Assembly: GCA_021613535.1 (NCBI GenBank)
Contig: CP075496.1
Span: forward strand, 2,914,001-2,978,000
Length of the DNA: 64,000 nucleotides
Source: Adineta vaga
Taxonomy: Eukaryota > Animalia > Rotifera
Reading direction: 5' to 3'
The position numbers and the translations under genes were made by a program. Under the pieces are notes generated by a model. It made no database searches, was not told where the DNA came from, and saw only the letters and a program-made list of their open reading frames with translations. Positions 1 to 13,977 of the stretch are shown piece by piece. Each line of letters starts with the position of its first letter. Positions within the stretch are counted from its first letter, which is position 1.

Positions 1-830
1 AATTCAAATGTTTATCTCGTTTTACGTCTTCTTAGTATTATACGTTTTATTCGAATATTTAAACTCTATCGTGTTTTTAAAAGTATTAAATCATTACGTG
101 TACTTGCGAGTACATTGAAGGAATCTTTACCGGATTTCGTTATTATTCTTACATTTCTTTCATTAAGTGGATTTTTATTTGGTGCAGCGTTTTATTTTAC
201 TGAAAATTCCATGAATGAAGATATGTTTGATTCAATACCTAAAGCAACTTATTATGGAATAATGACAATTACAGCTGTCGGGTAAGATATTAAATGAAAA
301 ACTCATCGAATATATTGAATTCTTCGCATAGGTATGGTGATCTATCTCCAGTAACACCATTAGGACGTGCATTAGCATCTCTATGTGCCATTTTTGGCAT
401 ATCTGTTGTATCAATGCTGGTATCAGTACTTGCTGAACGGTATCAACGAGTTTATACACGAAAATTATTTTTGAATGAGAAATATTCGGATAATTTCGTT
501 TTTCAAGATGATGAAAATCAGACTACTCCATTACCATCATCGACAAAAGGTAATCTATATCAACATCAAATATCTGATAATGTTAAACAAAGGGAAACGA
601 ATTCAACTGTGGATGATAATTTTACATTTAAAGGAATTACAGATGATGATGATATAGATGGAAGCAATGAATCGGAAAATTCAAATGAAAAAATTCAATT
701 GATTATTGATTTTATTTCGAATGATTCAATGGAAAATAATGAATTAATAATAACTGATGCTATTAAAGAACTTTTTCGAACGAAATTTGGAAAAGAATGT
801 GTAGTTACTCGAACAGATTTTATTATGTAA
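1..830 (+). CDS. Voltage-gated K+ channel alpha subunit, Shaker-superfamily-like, 5'-truncated by the window (exons 1-281, 332-830)
   Basis: Frame 1 gives S4 LRLLSIIRFIRIFKLYR, S5, and pore FDSIPKATYYGIMTITAVG|YGDLSPVTPLGR across the GT-AG intron 282-331, followed by S6. Confidence 0.9.
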
Positions 831-1635
831 AATATAATTTAAAAGGAAAAAAAGTGAACATGAAACTAATGGATTTAGTATGTTTATCGATTTTTATATT
901 GTATATCGAAATAGCATATTTTATTTTTATATGTAAATGAAGAAATTTCCATATAGCATTAGGTGATGGTGACATCTATGTGTTGTTTGTATATTTTTAT
1001 TAGAAAGTGTAGAAAAATTTTTCAAATTCCAAAACGTTTTTAATTGATAGTTGAAATAAAATTCGAAATAAGATTGTTGTAACATTTATGTTCGATTCGA
1101 ATAATCGAACGAATAATGAAGGTTTCTTAAATTTTGACTGGTCATTTATACTTTACCCAGATCTACTATTCTGTTTATTGCACTTAACTTAACTTCGTGA
1201 TAGTTCTGCACTATTCGCTCGTATTTATTCAATCGATGGAAGCAAGTCGTACTCTGTATTTTTGTTTTTTCGTATGAAATTTTCATCCTCATCTTCAAAT
1301 TTCGTTTCAATAATCTCAATAGTGTCGTAGAATTTTCCATATCGCAAGTTTTAGTATAATCGAATGAGAGCCTTTTTCAATTGTCTGACCAACGTCGTCT
1401 GAGTACTGATTACGATCAGTCAACTCAAGCGACATTTTACAGTATAATTACTCAAAGATCATCCCTAGCTACATAATAAGATAATGATATAATACAAAGA
1501 AAAACAATAGTGATATTAAATTGTTCTATTGATATACGTGTATATTCATTTTTTTTACTGTTCGAAAAGTGAAACAGTATTCGTTTTTTTTTTCTTATAG
1601 ATTAATCATCGTCTTCTTTCGTTTAATATTTGATT

Positions 1636-4600
1636 ATGGGTTTCGGAAATAATTCACGAGGTGGCGGCGGCAGTCGAGGCCGTGGAGGTTTCAGAGGTGG
1701 TCGAGGTGGTGGTGGTGGTGACCGTGGAAGAGGTAAGACGAGAATTTTTGAAATTGATAATGTAACTTCTTTTGGTTTTCTTTAGGCCGTGGCGGTAGCG
1801 TAGGATTCGGAAGTCGCGGTGGCAGCCGTGGACGCGGTTTCAGAGGAGGTTTTGGAGACCGTGACGGCAGCCGTGGACGCGGTTCTAGAGGAGGTTTTGG
1901 TGACCGTGATGGCAGCCGTGGACGTGGTTCTAGAGGAGGTTTTGGTGACCGTGACGGCAGCCGCGGTGGTAAATTCCGTGGTGGACAAGATCGCGGTCGT
2001 GGTGGAGGACGACCCTTCGAAGCTAGTAAGATTATTTTCCTAATAATAGAGATTTCTATAGATTTGTCTATGATTTAGAACGTGAATTCATGAGTGATCG
2101 TGTTTACGTCGGTCAATTACCTACTGATATTCAAGAAAGTGATTTGAAAAAAATTTTTCCAAAAGCATCAAACGTAGAACTCACACCGGCTGTAGGAACT
2201 CGACCTGGGTGAGTTTTTTCTTTGATAAGTTTTTTTTTTAAACAATGATTTTTATCTATTTTTAGCCATGCTTTTGTTACTTTTGCTGATGATTCGTCAG
2301 CAGCTGCAGCTGTTAAACAAGGTGCTACATTTAACAATACACAACTTAAAGTAGGATTCCAAAATAAACGCGCCGAACCACAAAAACGATCATCGGATGC
2401 AGATGATAAATCAGGTTTGTCATCTTTCAGTACAGATATGTTCATTTATATAGTATATTTTGCATTCTCTAGGTCCTAAAGCTAAGAAACTCAAAGGCAA
2501 TGGAGTTGCTGGTAATGGAGCCGGTGCAAAAGGTAAAAAACCAGCTGGTTCTGACGATGATGAAGATGACGATGATGAATCAGTAAGTAACAAAAAAAAT
2601 CGTATGAATGATCAATAATACATATATTGTTACAGATGGATTTTGGAGAAGATGACGATGAACGATGAAGACGACGATGGAGACGACGATGACGATGAAG
2701 ATGGCGATGATGATGAAGAAGGTGAATCAGATGAAGAAGATGAAAAGAGCATCAAAAAAACTGTTGCAAAAATGGTTGCTGGAGGAAAAGCAGTAAGTGT
2801 GAAAATATTCTAATGTCGATTCTGTACTAATTAATTCTGTGTTTTATAAAGAATAAAGCTGCAGCAAAACCAGCTGAAGATGATGACGATGAAGATGATG
2901 ATGATGAAGATGATGAAGATGACGACGACGACGACGACGATGATGATGATGATGATGATGTAAGTTGTTTAATTTTTAATTTAATGACACAAATACTTGT
3001 TATTTTCAATTAATTAGGACGATGAAGAAGATGAAAATCCAACTAAATCTAAAAAAACGCCTCCATCATCAGCTAAACAACCAACACCAGCTGTCGGCCA
3101 AAATAAAAATAAAGGCAAAGCAGAATTAACAAAACCAACAGTCATCGACAATTCACTTCAAAAAAAGAATAAAGGTGTTGATCAAACCGTTGCAAATAAA
3201 GCTAAACCAAACGATGTTCAAAAACGTTCAGTCGATGGCGCTGATAAATCAGGTTTGTTATTTCTGTTAAAAGAAATACTACAATTTAATCGATTTTCTG
3301 ATCTTTCTATAGGTCCTCAATCAAAAAAACTTAAAAATGAACCTGTAGCCAGTGCTAAAAATGGTGTAAAAGGAAAAGGAAAACCAACTGAAGATGATGA
3401 CGACGAAGACGACGACGACGACGATGATGAAGATGATGAAGAAGTAGGAATCATTTAGTGATAAAACATTTGATTTGATTTCGAATTTATTAGCTCGATT
3501 TTGGTGAAGATGATGATGACGATGATGATGATGATGATGAAGATGATGATGATGATGATGACGACGATGAAGAAGAAGATCAGAAACCTACTAAAAAGTC
3601 AACCCCTGCTGCGAAACAAGTGAATATTACTCTTTAAACTTTCCTCTTTATATATTTATTCATTTCTAGGCTAAACCATCGGCTGACAGCGATGACGAAG
3701 ATGATGTAAGTTTCTAGCTTTCTCTGAATTATATCCTTATTCTCTCCTATTGTATTCCAAACAGGATGACGATGACGATGAAGACGACGACGATGATGAT
3801 GATGAAGAAGAATCTAAACCTCCAGCTAAACCACTCAAATCTGCTTTAAAACAAACACAAAAACCATCATCAGCACCAGCAAAATCTGAAACGAAAGCAC
3901 CACAAAATGCTAAACAAACGACTCCAGCAAAAGCTGAAACAAAACCTGCACAAACTAACAAACAATCAACACCAGCTGCTGATAAACCATTGAATAAAAC
4001 ACAATTGTTTATTAATTCAATTAAAGAAAGTGTTAGTGTATCTGATATGAAATCACTCTATCCTAAAGCTACATCAGTTAAAATGCAAAAACGTAAAGTC
4101 GGTCCAAATCAGAAAAATATTCAGTAAGTATTCATGTTTTCGAAAAAAAGACACACACACGTCATTTGTTCATCTTTAGATTTGCTTTCATTACATTCGC
4201 TAATGAATCTGATGCTAGTGAAGCATTTGGAGCTCATTCACAAATTGGTGGCGAAAAAGTGAATATCTCCTATGCATTTGCTCAAACAGGTAAACAACAG
4301 AAAAATAATAATAACAATGAATCAAATAAAAAGCCAGAACAAAAAAAATCTGATAATACCAATAAGAAACAAACAACACCAAACGAAAAACCACAAAAGA
4401 AAGAAAAACATAAATCTGGTTTGTAGAAGAAGAAAAAAAACGAAGCAATTTCAAATAATTTTCTTATTAATATTTAGAAAAACAACTTTCAACAAATGCT
4501 ATCTATGTTGGTCAATTACCAGAACATGTTGCTGAGGATGATGTGAAAAAACTTTTTCCAAAAGCAAGTAAAATTGAATTATTTGCAGCTAAAGCAAAAA

Positions 4601-4755
4601 ACAAAGGTGTACGTCCTGGCTTTGCATTTGTAACATTTCCTGATGATAACTCTGCAGCTGCTGCTGTCAAACTTGGCCCATCTTTAACACTCAAAGATAC
4701 ACAATTGAAAGTTGCTTATCAAACTAAACGAACAGAACCCGCCGCAACTGCATGA
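1636..4755 (+). CDS. Nucleolin-like RNA-binding protein (N-terminal RGG, RRM, long D/E-rich and K-rich tracts, two more RRMs); multi-exon; apparent +1 frameshift near 2662
   Basis: [22 protein letters not shown] start. RRM motifs [26 protein letters not shown] and [14 protein letters not shown]. Poly-D/E exons separated by introns of about 50-60 nt. Confidence 0.8.
1821..1965 (+). repeat. 45-bp coding tandem repeat, 3 copies plus a partial copy (GSRGRG[F/S]RGGFGDRD)
   Basis: Near-identical units start at 1821, 1866 and 1911 (ggcagccgtggacg...gaccgtgac/t). Confidence 0.9.
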
Positions 4756-5294
4756 AGAAAATGAGTATTTCAATTTTGTTTGTTTTTCGTGTCTTCAACG
4801 GCTTTTTTTGTTATTGTTAAATGCTACATGATGTTATCCGTTGGTTTTTATCTTCAATTTTCGAAGATAGATACGCATGTAGACATTCATCTTTCTTGTT
4901 TTGTGTTCATTCAACTGTATTCGTTGTTTTTTCTTTTATCTTCTTTTTTGAAGATAAATAGGTTATAACGAGGGTTTAATAAAAAGAATTTTCAAGTTAA
5001 ATACCATTAACAATCGATTCGATAGTATAAAATTTTATCAAGAGAATCAAGTGATCGAACAACAAACTCTTCAATGTTTTCCGAAGCTGTTTTTATAGCT
5101 ACATAAAACAAAATTCAAAGATCTGACTAATCATTTATTTATGTCTGATTGGTATTTCACTAAAATGATCACCGATAACCAAGAGAACGAAAATAGTAAA
5201 GATAAACAAAAACGAAGGAAAAAAAACATCGAAAAATATATGTTGAATGTAATTATTTGACTATACGAGAACGAAAAGATAATTCCAATTGATC

Positions 5295-7050
5295 TTAACT
5301 TTGCCCGAACCAATCTATTCCTGTTGTACTACTCATTACTTGTGGTCTTTTCAATGCAAATGATGTTGTTGTTCTACCATTCATTGGTTCGATAGGTTTA
5401 AACGCTGATACACTTGTAGTATCAATAGAAGTTGTTCGTGGCGGAAGCAGATGATTGAAAAATGGTAAGGTTGTTAGTTCAGTTTTTGACTGTGGAAATA
5501 AAGTCATATCTATATTTGAATGAAATGGATTCTCGAATGAAAATGATGGACGAAAAAAATTGAAATCATCATTATCACCAGTTGTAACTGTTCGTAAAAG
5601 ATTGACTGGTTCAAATAAAGATTGAGCGAATGGTGATCGAATATCTAAGAAAAAGAAATCGTCGTATGAAATGATCGAAATTAGATAAGTAACCATCGGA
5701 AATTTGTTTTGTTATAGGATTAAATGGTGTTGAATGTTGATCTACAATGAAAAGAAAAGTAAAATGTATTGAATACGTTGTTTTTTTCTTCTTAAATAGT
5801 AGTAAATACTTCGATCAAGATGATTATGAAAGGATGACGATGGTTGTTCACGAATTGGTTGAAAATCTAAAATGAATTTTTCAAAAAATTAATTATTGAA
5901 AATTCAATTCGTTTTCTTAACATTTATCTCGATTGTCAATTGCTTTATGTGTATTTGTATTTATAGGCGATGGTGGTAAATCAGTAGATTCATGTGAATT
6001 TAGATTATTAGTCGGTGCTGGTGCAGATACAGCCGATGAATCATTCGTTAGAGTTGAATAAGATTGAATATCGTTTTCAGTTTCATCATCTTCTCGTTCA
6101 ACAATACAATCATAAATACGTTGAGCAAGTGATTCTTCAATTTCTAGAAGTATATCAACACTTGGTTTATCAGTCATTTCAATAGATATTTCTTGTAGAA
6201 AATCATTAATTAATGGCCAATGTTCATTAGATATATTAATAGTTGGATTATCAAAAAGAATCATTTCGGATTCATTATTATCGATTGTTGTTGTTGGTTC
6301 CATCAAAGACGATGATTCGATGGGATATATTTTATTTGAAATAGATTCTAAATATTCAGATATTATTTCTCAAGAATTAAGATAGATTAATATTACCTTG
6401 TTGTAGAGAATCATTTGTCGTCAGTGATTGTATTCCTGGATGATCAGAAGATGAATGAAAAAGTTCATTTAATGAAAGACGTGGCAATGTTGTTGGTTTT
6501 AATGGACAATTATGATGATGATGATGATGACCTGGTTTTCCATCCGATGAAGCAAGACATGTACAATGAGTACCATGATCAGTTCGAGTTTGATTTGTAG
6601 TTGATGATTCAGGAAATTCGAAAAGAAGTCGTCCATCTAGAAAAATCAGTTTGCAATATGAAATGATTCGTTCTACTCTAACTCACCACGTTTTTGTACA
6701 TTTGTAATTGTTTCTCCTGTTTTATGTTGACGTTGAAATCGTTTCATAAATCGATTAGTGTGTGATGTTCGTTGTTTTGATGCGTCTATTGATGGTTTTC
6801 GTCCATTGGAATACTTTCGTTTGATGATTATTTGTTGAAGATTAGTATTTGTATCAGTTAATTTTGTTGTATATGTTTCTTGTTGTTGTCGATGTGTATG
6901 AGTGATTTGTATAGTAGAATTTATAGGACGTGACAAAGTTTGATAATGACCGGATTTTGTTACTGATTTTTGTTGTTCATCGAGGTAACGTTTAAATAAT
7001 GTTGAATTAGCTCGATCAACATAAGGTAAAGATGAATGTGAACTATTCAT
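5295..7050 (-). CDS. Uncharacterised Ser/Thr/Pro-rich multi-exon protein
   Basis: ORF pieces 6673-7071, 5917-6306 and 5295-5696 are linked by short GT-AG introns. The ATG at 7050 is preceded by a ttattttag acceptor. No recognisable domain. Confidence 0.6.
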
Positions 7051-7488
7051 TCTAAAATAAGAAGTTTTCATAGGATTTTTGTATTGTTTTCAGTTGTTCA
7101 TTTTTGAGAAAGATAAGTGATTCATGCGAATTCAAAGATAGAAAACGAAGAAAATTACGCGGTATTGGCATTTTAGTTGTATCTTTATAATAAAACTCTG
7201 ACAAAAGCAGATAATTAATAAAAAAAATATTTAAGTCCTGTGTGATCTCAGTAAATATTTGAATGATGATGAAAAGGACACGATAATTGATTCCCAAAAA
7301 AAAACATTACTTTTCCGTATTCTACAAGTCTCTCAACCATAGATCATATTGGATGGATTTTTCTACATAAACTTAAAATCTGATTTTCAAAAAAAAGACA
7401 AAATATAATTAACATATACAATGATTGATCCATAATATTTTTTTGTTAACAACGAAAAAAAAGTACAAATATAAACAGAATAGAAATA

Positions 7489-7869
7489 TCAAATAGTCAT
7501 TGGTACAATTGTTTGATTATCCATTGATTCAGCTGGTTCTTCTGTTTTCATTTGTTCTTCATTATTATGATTTTCAATTGAATTTAAGCTCATTAATCTT
7601 TCCACTTCTTGTGGCGCAGTAGCAGCTTCTCGATTCGTATGAATACGTTGTGAAACAGCATCCAGATCGGATGAAAAACGTTGAAGTGCTTCACGAAGAC
7701 GTTTTAATTCTGATGAATCAATTGCAATTTTTTGTGATGTTGTTGTCGATGAACCCGATAAACGATTGGAAGAATTTGGATCAACTAATTCCATTGTTAA
7801 TTCTGCTATACGTTTAAACGAACTACCAGTTTCAAGAAAAATATCTGCTGCTTTCGATGACATCGACAT
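7489..7869 (-). CDS. BAP18: Chromatin complexes subunit BAP18 (C17orf49)-like, single exon
   Basis: MSSKAADIFLETGSSFKRIAELTMEL resembles the BAP18 N-terminus (KVGEIFSAAGAAFTKLGELTMQL). Downstream LREALQRFSSDL segment. Confidence 0.7.
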   Translation of the reverse strand: MSMSSKAADIFLETGSSFKRIAELTMELVDPNSSNRLSGSSTTTSQKIAIDSSELKRLREALQRFSSDLDAVSQRIHTNREAATAPQEVERLMSLNSIENHNNEEQMKTEEPAESMDNQTIVPMTI

Positions 7870-8085
7870 AACGAGTAATAGAAGTGTAATCGTTCGCTTT
7901 TTTTCTTTTATACAAATGTAAAAAAAATTCATTCACACAAAGATAAAATTTTCCATTGGTCGACAATTTTCACCAATTAAATTCATTTGTTTTTTTTATG
8001 AATATTTCTCTGACATCTGGATCATTTGTTTCTAAGTGTACAAATCAACAACATTGTAAGATATAGATAACTTTCAGATAGAATC

Positions 8086-9362
<1,277 letters not shown>

Positions 9363-9560
9363 AAAAGCAAACAAAACAAAAACATTTATATTCTGTTATT
9401 TCTTTTTTTTAATGTTTACTGCTTTGTCTTTTCTCTCTTTTCTTTTATTTCAATAAATTCCAACTCGAGAAAGAGTCAAAAAGAATCAACAAGTGCAAAA
9501 TTAATCAAGCATGACCAAAAGAAAAAGTATACATTTATATTTTAGAAAGAATAATTCGAT

Positions 9561-11001
9561 ATGCAACTACGTATTCTCACATTAAATATTTGGGGTGTTC
9601 ATTATGTCGCAAAATTTATTAATCAACGTATACAAGCATTAATTGAACATTTGACAAATCCTGATGTTAATTATGATATTATTGGATTACAAGAAGTATG
9701 TTGATGAAATTTCTTGATTTTGACTCTATTATTTTTGTTTTTATCATAGGTTTGGAGTAAAAGTGATTATAAATATTTATGTGATCAATTGAAAAGTGTT
9801 TATCCACATAGTTATTATTTTTTAAGTGGTTTAATCGGTTCTGGTTGTTGTATGTTTTCCAAACATCCAATTATTGGAGTTTATGAACATCGATATACAT
9901 TAAATGGTATATACAAATACATTTAAGATAGATTTTTCAATGTTTTATTCATGTATTATATAGGTTTTCCACATAAAATTCAACACGGTGATTGGTTTTG
10001 TGGAAAATTAATTGGTTTATGTAAAATTCTTGTTAATGGATATGTAATTAATGTCTATAATACACATTTACATGCAAATTATCATCATGTTATACCGAAA
10101 GATATCTATTTAGGACATCGAATATGTCAAGCATATGAATTAATTCAATTTATCGAAAGTACATCATCAGCTGATACAACAGATTTAGCAATTCTTCTTG
10201 GAGATTTAAATTTAAATAATGATGATTTAGGTTTTAAACTTATTCGTGGTATTCTTCAATTCAATGATTCATTTCTTCAACGTATTAATAAAGTAAATAG
10301 AAGAACGAAAAAAAAACTATTACAAAATAAATTCGATTTCTTTCTTTTTCAGGATATTTTCGATCCAACTGTTGGAAATAGTGGTAAAACATGTGATTTA
10401 CTTGATAATCCATATGTTATTCCACATCCATATCAAGGTGAAGGCGAACGAATTGATTATATACTTTATCAAACACAAAATAGTTTGTTTTTCATATTGA
10501 TTAATAATCTTTATTGTTATTTTAAATTGTTTAGATAATGTAAAATGTATTGAAGCATATCCGACGTTACATAAAGTTCCAAATCATTCCACTAATCTTC
10601 ATTATTCTGATCATTTAGCTGTTTATGCTTTACTTGAAATTGAAAAGAAAAATTCCAATCAAAAAATGATATTTGATAAAAATTCTCAATCAATGGATGA
10701 AGAAACAAGAAATAATCTTCGTTCAGCTTGTATAATCGTTGAAGAATCAATTCAACGTATTCAACGTCATCGATTATTTTGTCTTTTAATTGTAATCTTT
10801 TTAACTTTCATCATATTCTCATTTAATGGTAATCCATTATCAAATGGATATGTTTTTACGATTTTAATTATTCTTAAGAATCTCTTTTCTCTTCTTGGTC
10901 TTGCTGTTTGCATTTGGTTCATCGGTTTAGGTAAACCTGTTGAACGAAATGCATTAATTTCGATACAAAATGCTATGTATCTACGTTTAAATAATTCTTA
11001 A
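9561..11001 (+). CDS. SMPD2: Neutral sphingomyelinase (EEP/DNase I-like fold with two C-terminal TM helices)
   Basis: LRILTLNIWG, DIIGLQEVW, GSGCCMFSKHPI, NGFPHKIQHGDWFCGK, NTHLHA, GDLN, RIDYILY, SDH and a hydrophobic C-terminal hairpin. Confidence 0.93.
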
Positions 11002-11050
11002 ATTCTCATCAATAAATCTCATTCAGAAAATCAAAATATTTTAGTTTTAG

Positions 11051-13977
11051 ATGGAAGTATCTCGACAATTATATTTTATTATATTTGGTGTTCTATTTAC
11101 TGTATTAATTGATTTATATACAAGTTCATCGAGTTATGCGTTGATTTTCTTAACATTGATTCGTCTAATGGCGATATGTATAGCATTTTTTTATCGAATT
11201 ATTTATGATAATTATGATAGAAATGTCAAATTCGATACGAAAAAAACATTTTGGAATCCATTTAAAAATCTTTTTGTGGTCATTGCAGCTGTTCAACAAG
11301 CATTTGTTATATATTATATAAATTTTTCATTAGATCTTTGGACGATATTATATATTATTGAACAAGTATCTTTGCCACTTTTTGCATATCTATGGATTCG
11401 ACGAATTGAAAGAGAAGATCTTAGTTTTTTACAATATGCTTGGTTAGAAATATTTGATTCGAAAACAAATCAAGGTTTGTAGATTGTTTTTCTCGACTGA
11501 ATAGATATTTTTCTCAAGAAACAAATTCAATTACTAATCAGATTTTTATGTTTTACAGCTTAATTCTAATAAGAACTAACAATGTAAGTGTTAATAGATT
11601 CATTTGCATGTGCATGTTGACTAGAACGAACGAAATTTATAACTTAAATAGAATTCAGATGGAAAGACTACGATATTTTGTTGTTATTTTCTAGGTTCTT
11701 CATCAAAACGTCAAGATGAACTGTTTGTTCTCAAACGTCTCTTTCAATATAGTTTACAAGATTGGAAAATAGTTACTACAGGAACAATGTTTTTACTAGC
11801 AGCTGCTCTATGCAAGTATTAATTCATATTTATCGATGAAATAAAATATTTCTTAATTTTTCATTTTCAGCGGAAGTATTTGTACCATTATATACTGGCC
11901 GACTTTTATCAAGTGTAGCTTTTCAAGAAGCATGGTTACAATTTAGATATAATTTAATTATGTTTGTTGTTGTAAATTTTGCTGGGTATGGAGAGATTAG
12001 ATTATTGAAGAAAATGTGATAATTGTTGTGTTTTTAGAGGATTTCTAGGAGGATTTCGTATGGGTGTATTTTCTGTATGTGTATCACGACTTAGTATACG
12101 CATAAAAACAAAATTATTTGAATCATATTTACGACAAGAAATCGGCTTTTTTGATACGAATGAAAGTGGAAAATTACTTTCACGTCTTAATCATGATACT
12201 CAAGTAATGAGTTCAACTGTTGCCAATAATATTGCACAATGTATTGGTGCATTAGTTCGATTTCGTAAGAAGAAAAAAAATGAATTTAATATTGAAATAA
12301 TAAATATGTATTTATCTTTATCTAGTTGGTACTGTTGTAATGATGATTCGATTAAGTATTCATTTAACGATTGCATGTATTATTGGTGCACCATTGATCT
12401 TAGTTGTCGCGAAAATTTGTGGAAATATTCATCGACGTATATCAGAAAAAGTTCAAGATTTATCAGCTGAAGCATCGGAAATAGCCGATGAAACAATTCA
12501 AACAATTCGAACAGTGAGAAGTTTTGGTAATGAAAATGAAGAATTGAAAAGATTCGAAAAGACACTTCAACAATCTTATGATATTTCTGTTATACAAGCA
12601 GCTTTAACTGCAGCACAACGTTGGTTTGTAGATGTAAGTCGACTTCAAATTAATTTATATATCAGCACTAAAACAATCTGATTTTTTTCGTTTTGTTTTC
12701 TTAGTTAGCACAACTTTGTATGAGTATTATTATGCTTGCATATGGTGCCAAACTTGTACGTGATAATTACGTTACTGGACCTGATCTTTTAGCATTTATT
12801 ATCTATCAGTTAACACTAGGTGGAATTTTAAGTGTAAATAAGTCATAGATTTAAATACAAGATTTTCAATTTTGCTTTTTTTTTTCTCGATCGTAGGATA
12901 TTTCTCAAATTTATACATCATTAATGTCAGCAGCTGGTGCAAGTCAATCAGTTTTCGATTATTTAGATCGTCAGCCAATACAAAAACCAAGTGGAACATT
13001 GCAACCAGAGAATCTACAAGGTGACATTGAATTCGACAATGTTTCATTGGTTTATCCAGCACGATCGAATGAAATTGCTATTCAAGTAAAAGAATTTATT
13101 TTTGAAAAGTAAATCCAAGAAAATTCATTTGTTTTCAAATAGAATGTATCATTTAAAATCAAAGCTGGTCAAACATGTGCTTTCGTTGGACCCTCAGGAT
13201 CTGGTAAGAAAATCTTCTTATTTTTTAATCAATTAAAATAAAGTTTTGTTTCAACAAAATAGGAAAATCAACATGTATTAACTTAATAGAACGTTTCTAT
13301 GATCCAATCGAAGGGAAAATCTTAATCGATGGGAGAGAAATTCAAGAATATGATCATAAATATCTTCATAAAAAATTAGCAATGGTTGGTCAAGAACCTG
13401 TTCTATTCAATAGAACAATTCGAGAAAATATAAATTATGCCAACAACAACAATAATGATGATGATGACGATATCGAAGAGAAAATTATTCAAGCAGCACA
13501 AGATGCAAATGCTCATACATTCATTACGGAATTAACAAATAGTTATCACACTAAATGTGGACAACGTGGTGGACATTTATCAGGTGGCCAAAAACAACGT
13601 GTTTCTATTGCTCGTGCTGTTATTCGAAAACCGACTATACTTCTTCTCGATGAAGCCACATCTGCATTAGATCCTGTTAATGAACGATTGGTAAGCACTT
13701 TTTTTTTCTTCGTATGAATTTCTAAAGAAATAAACCGTAATGATTTCTTTCAAAATAGATTCAAGATGCATTATTTTATAATAAAGATAAACAAGTTCAA
13801 CGAACTGTTCTTATTTCAGCACATCGATTAAGTACAATCGAACGATGTGATCGAATATTTGTAATACATAAAGGTCATTTAATTGAACAAGGTACACATG
13901 ATGAATTAATGACAATTGAAAATGGAATCTATCGGGAACTGGTTCGACGACAAAGAATGAATCTCGATGATGATTAA
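11051..13977 (+). CDS. ABCB9: ABCB half-transporter, ABCB9/TAPL (HAF-4/HAF-9)-like, with N-terminal TMD0
   Basis: [25 protein letters not shown], Walker [49 protein letters not shown]; stop at 13975-13977. Confidence 0.88.

Noticed and set aside
1782-2043. ORFs 1782-1988 (-) and 1819-2043 (+) with repetitive T/A/V content
   Set aside because: Alternative-frame and antisense shadows of the RGG tandem repeat.
2827-3961. Poly-Ser ORFs on the minus strand (also 53966-54151 on the plus strand)
   Set aside because: Antisense readings of GAT/GAC/GAA acidic tracts.
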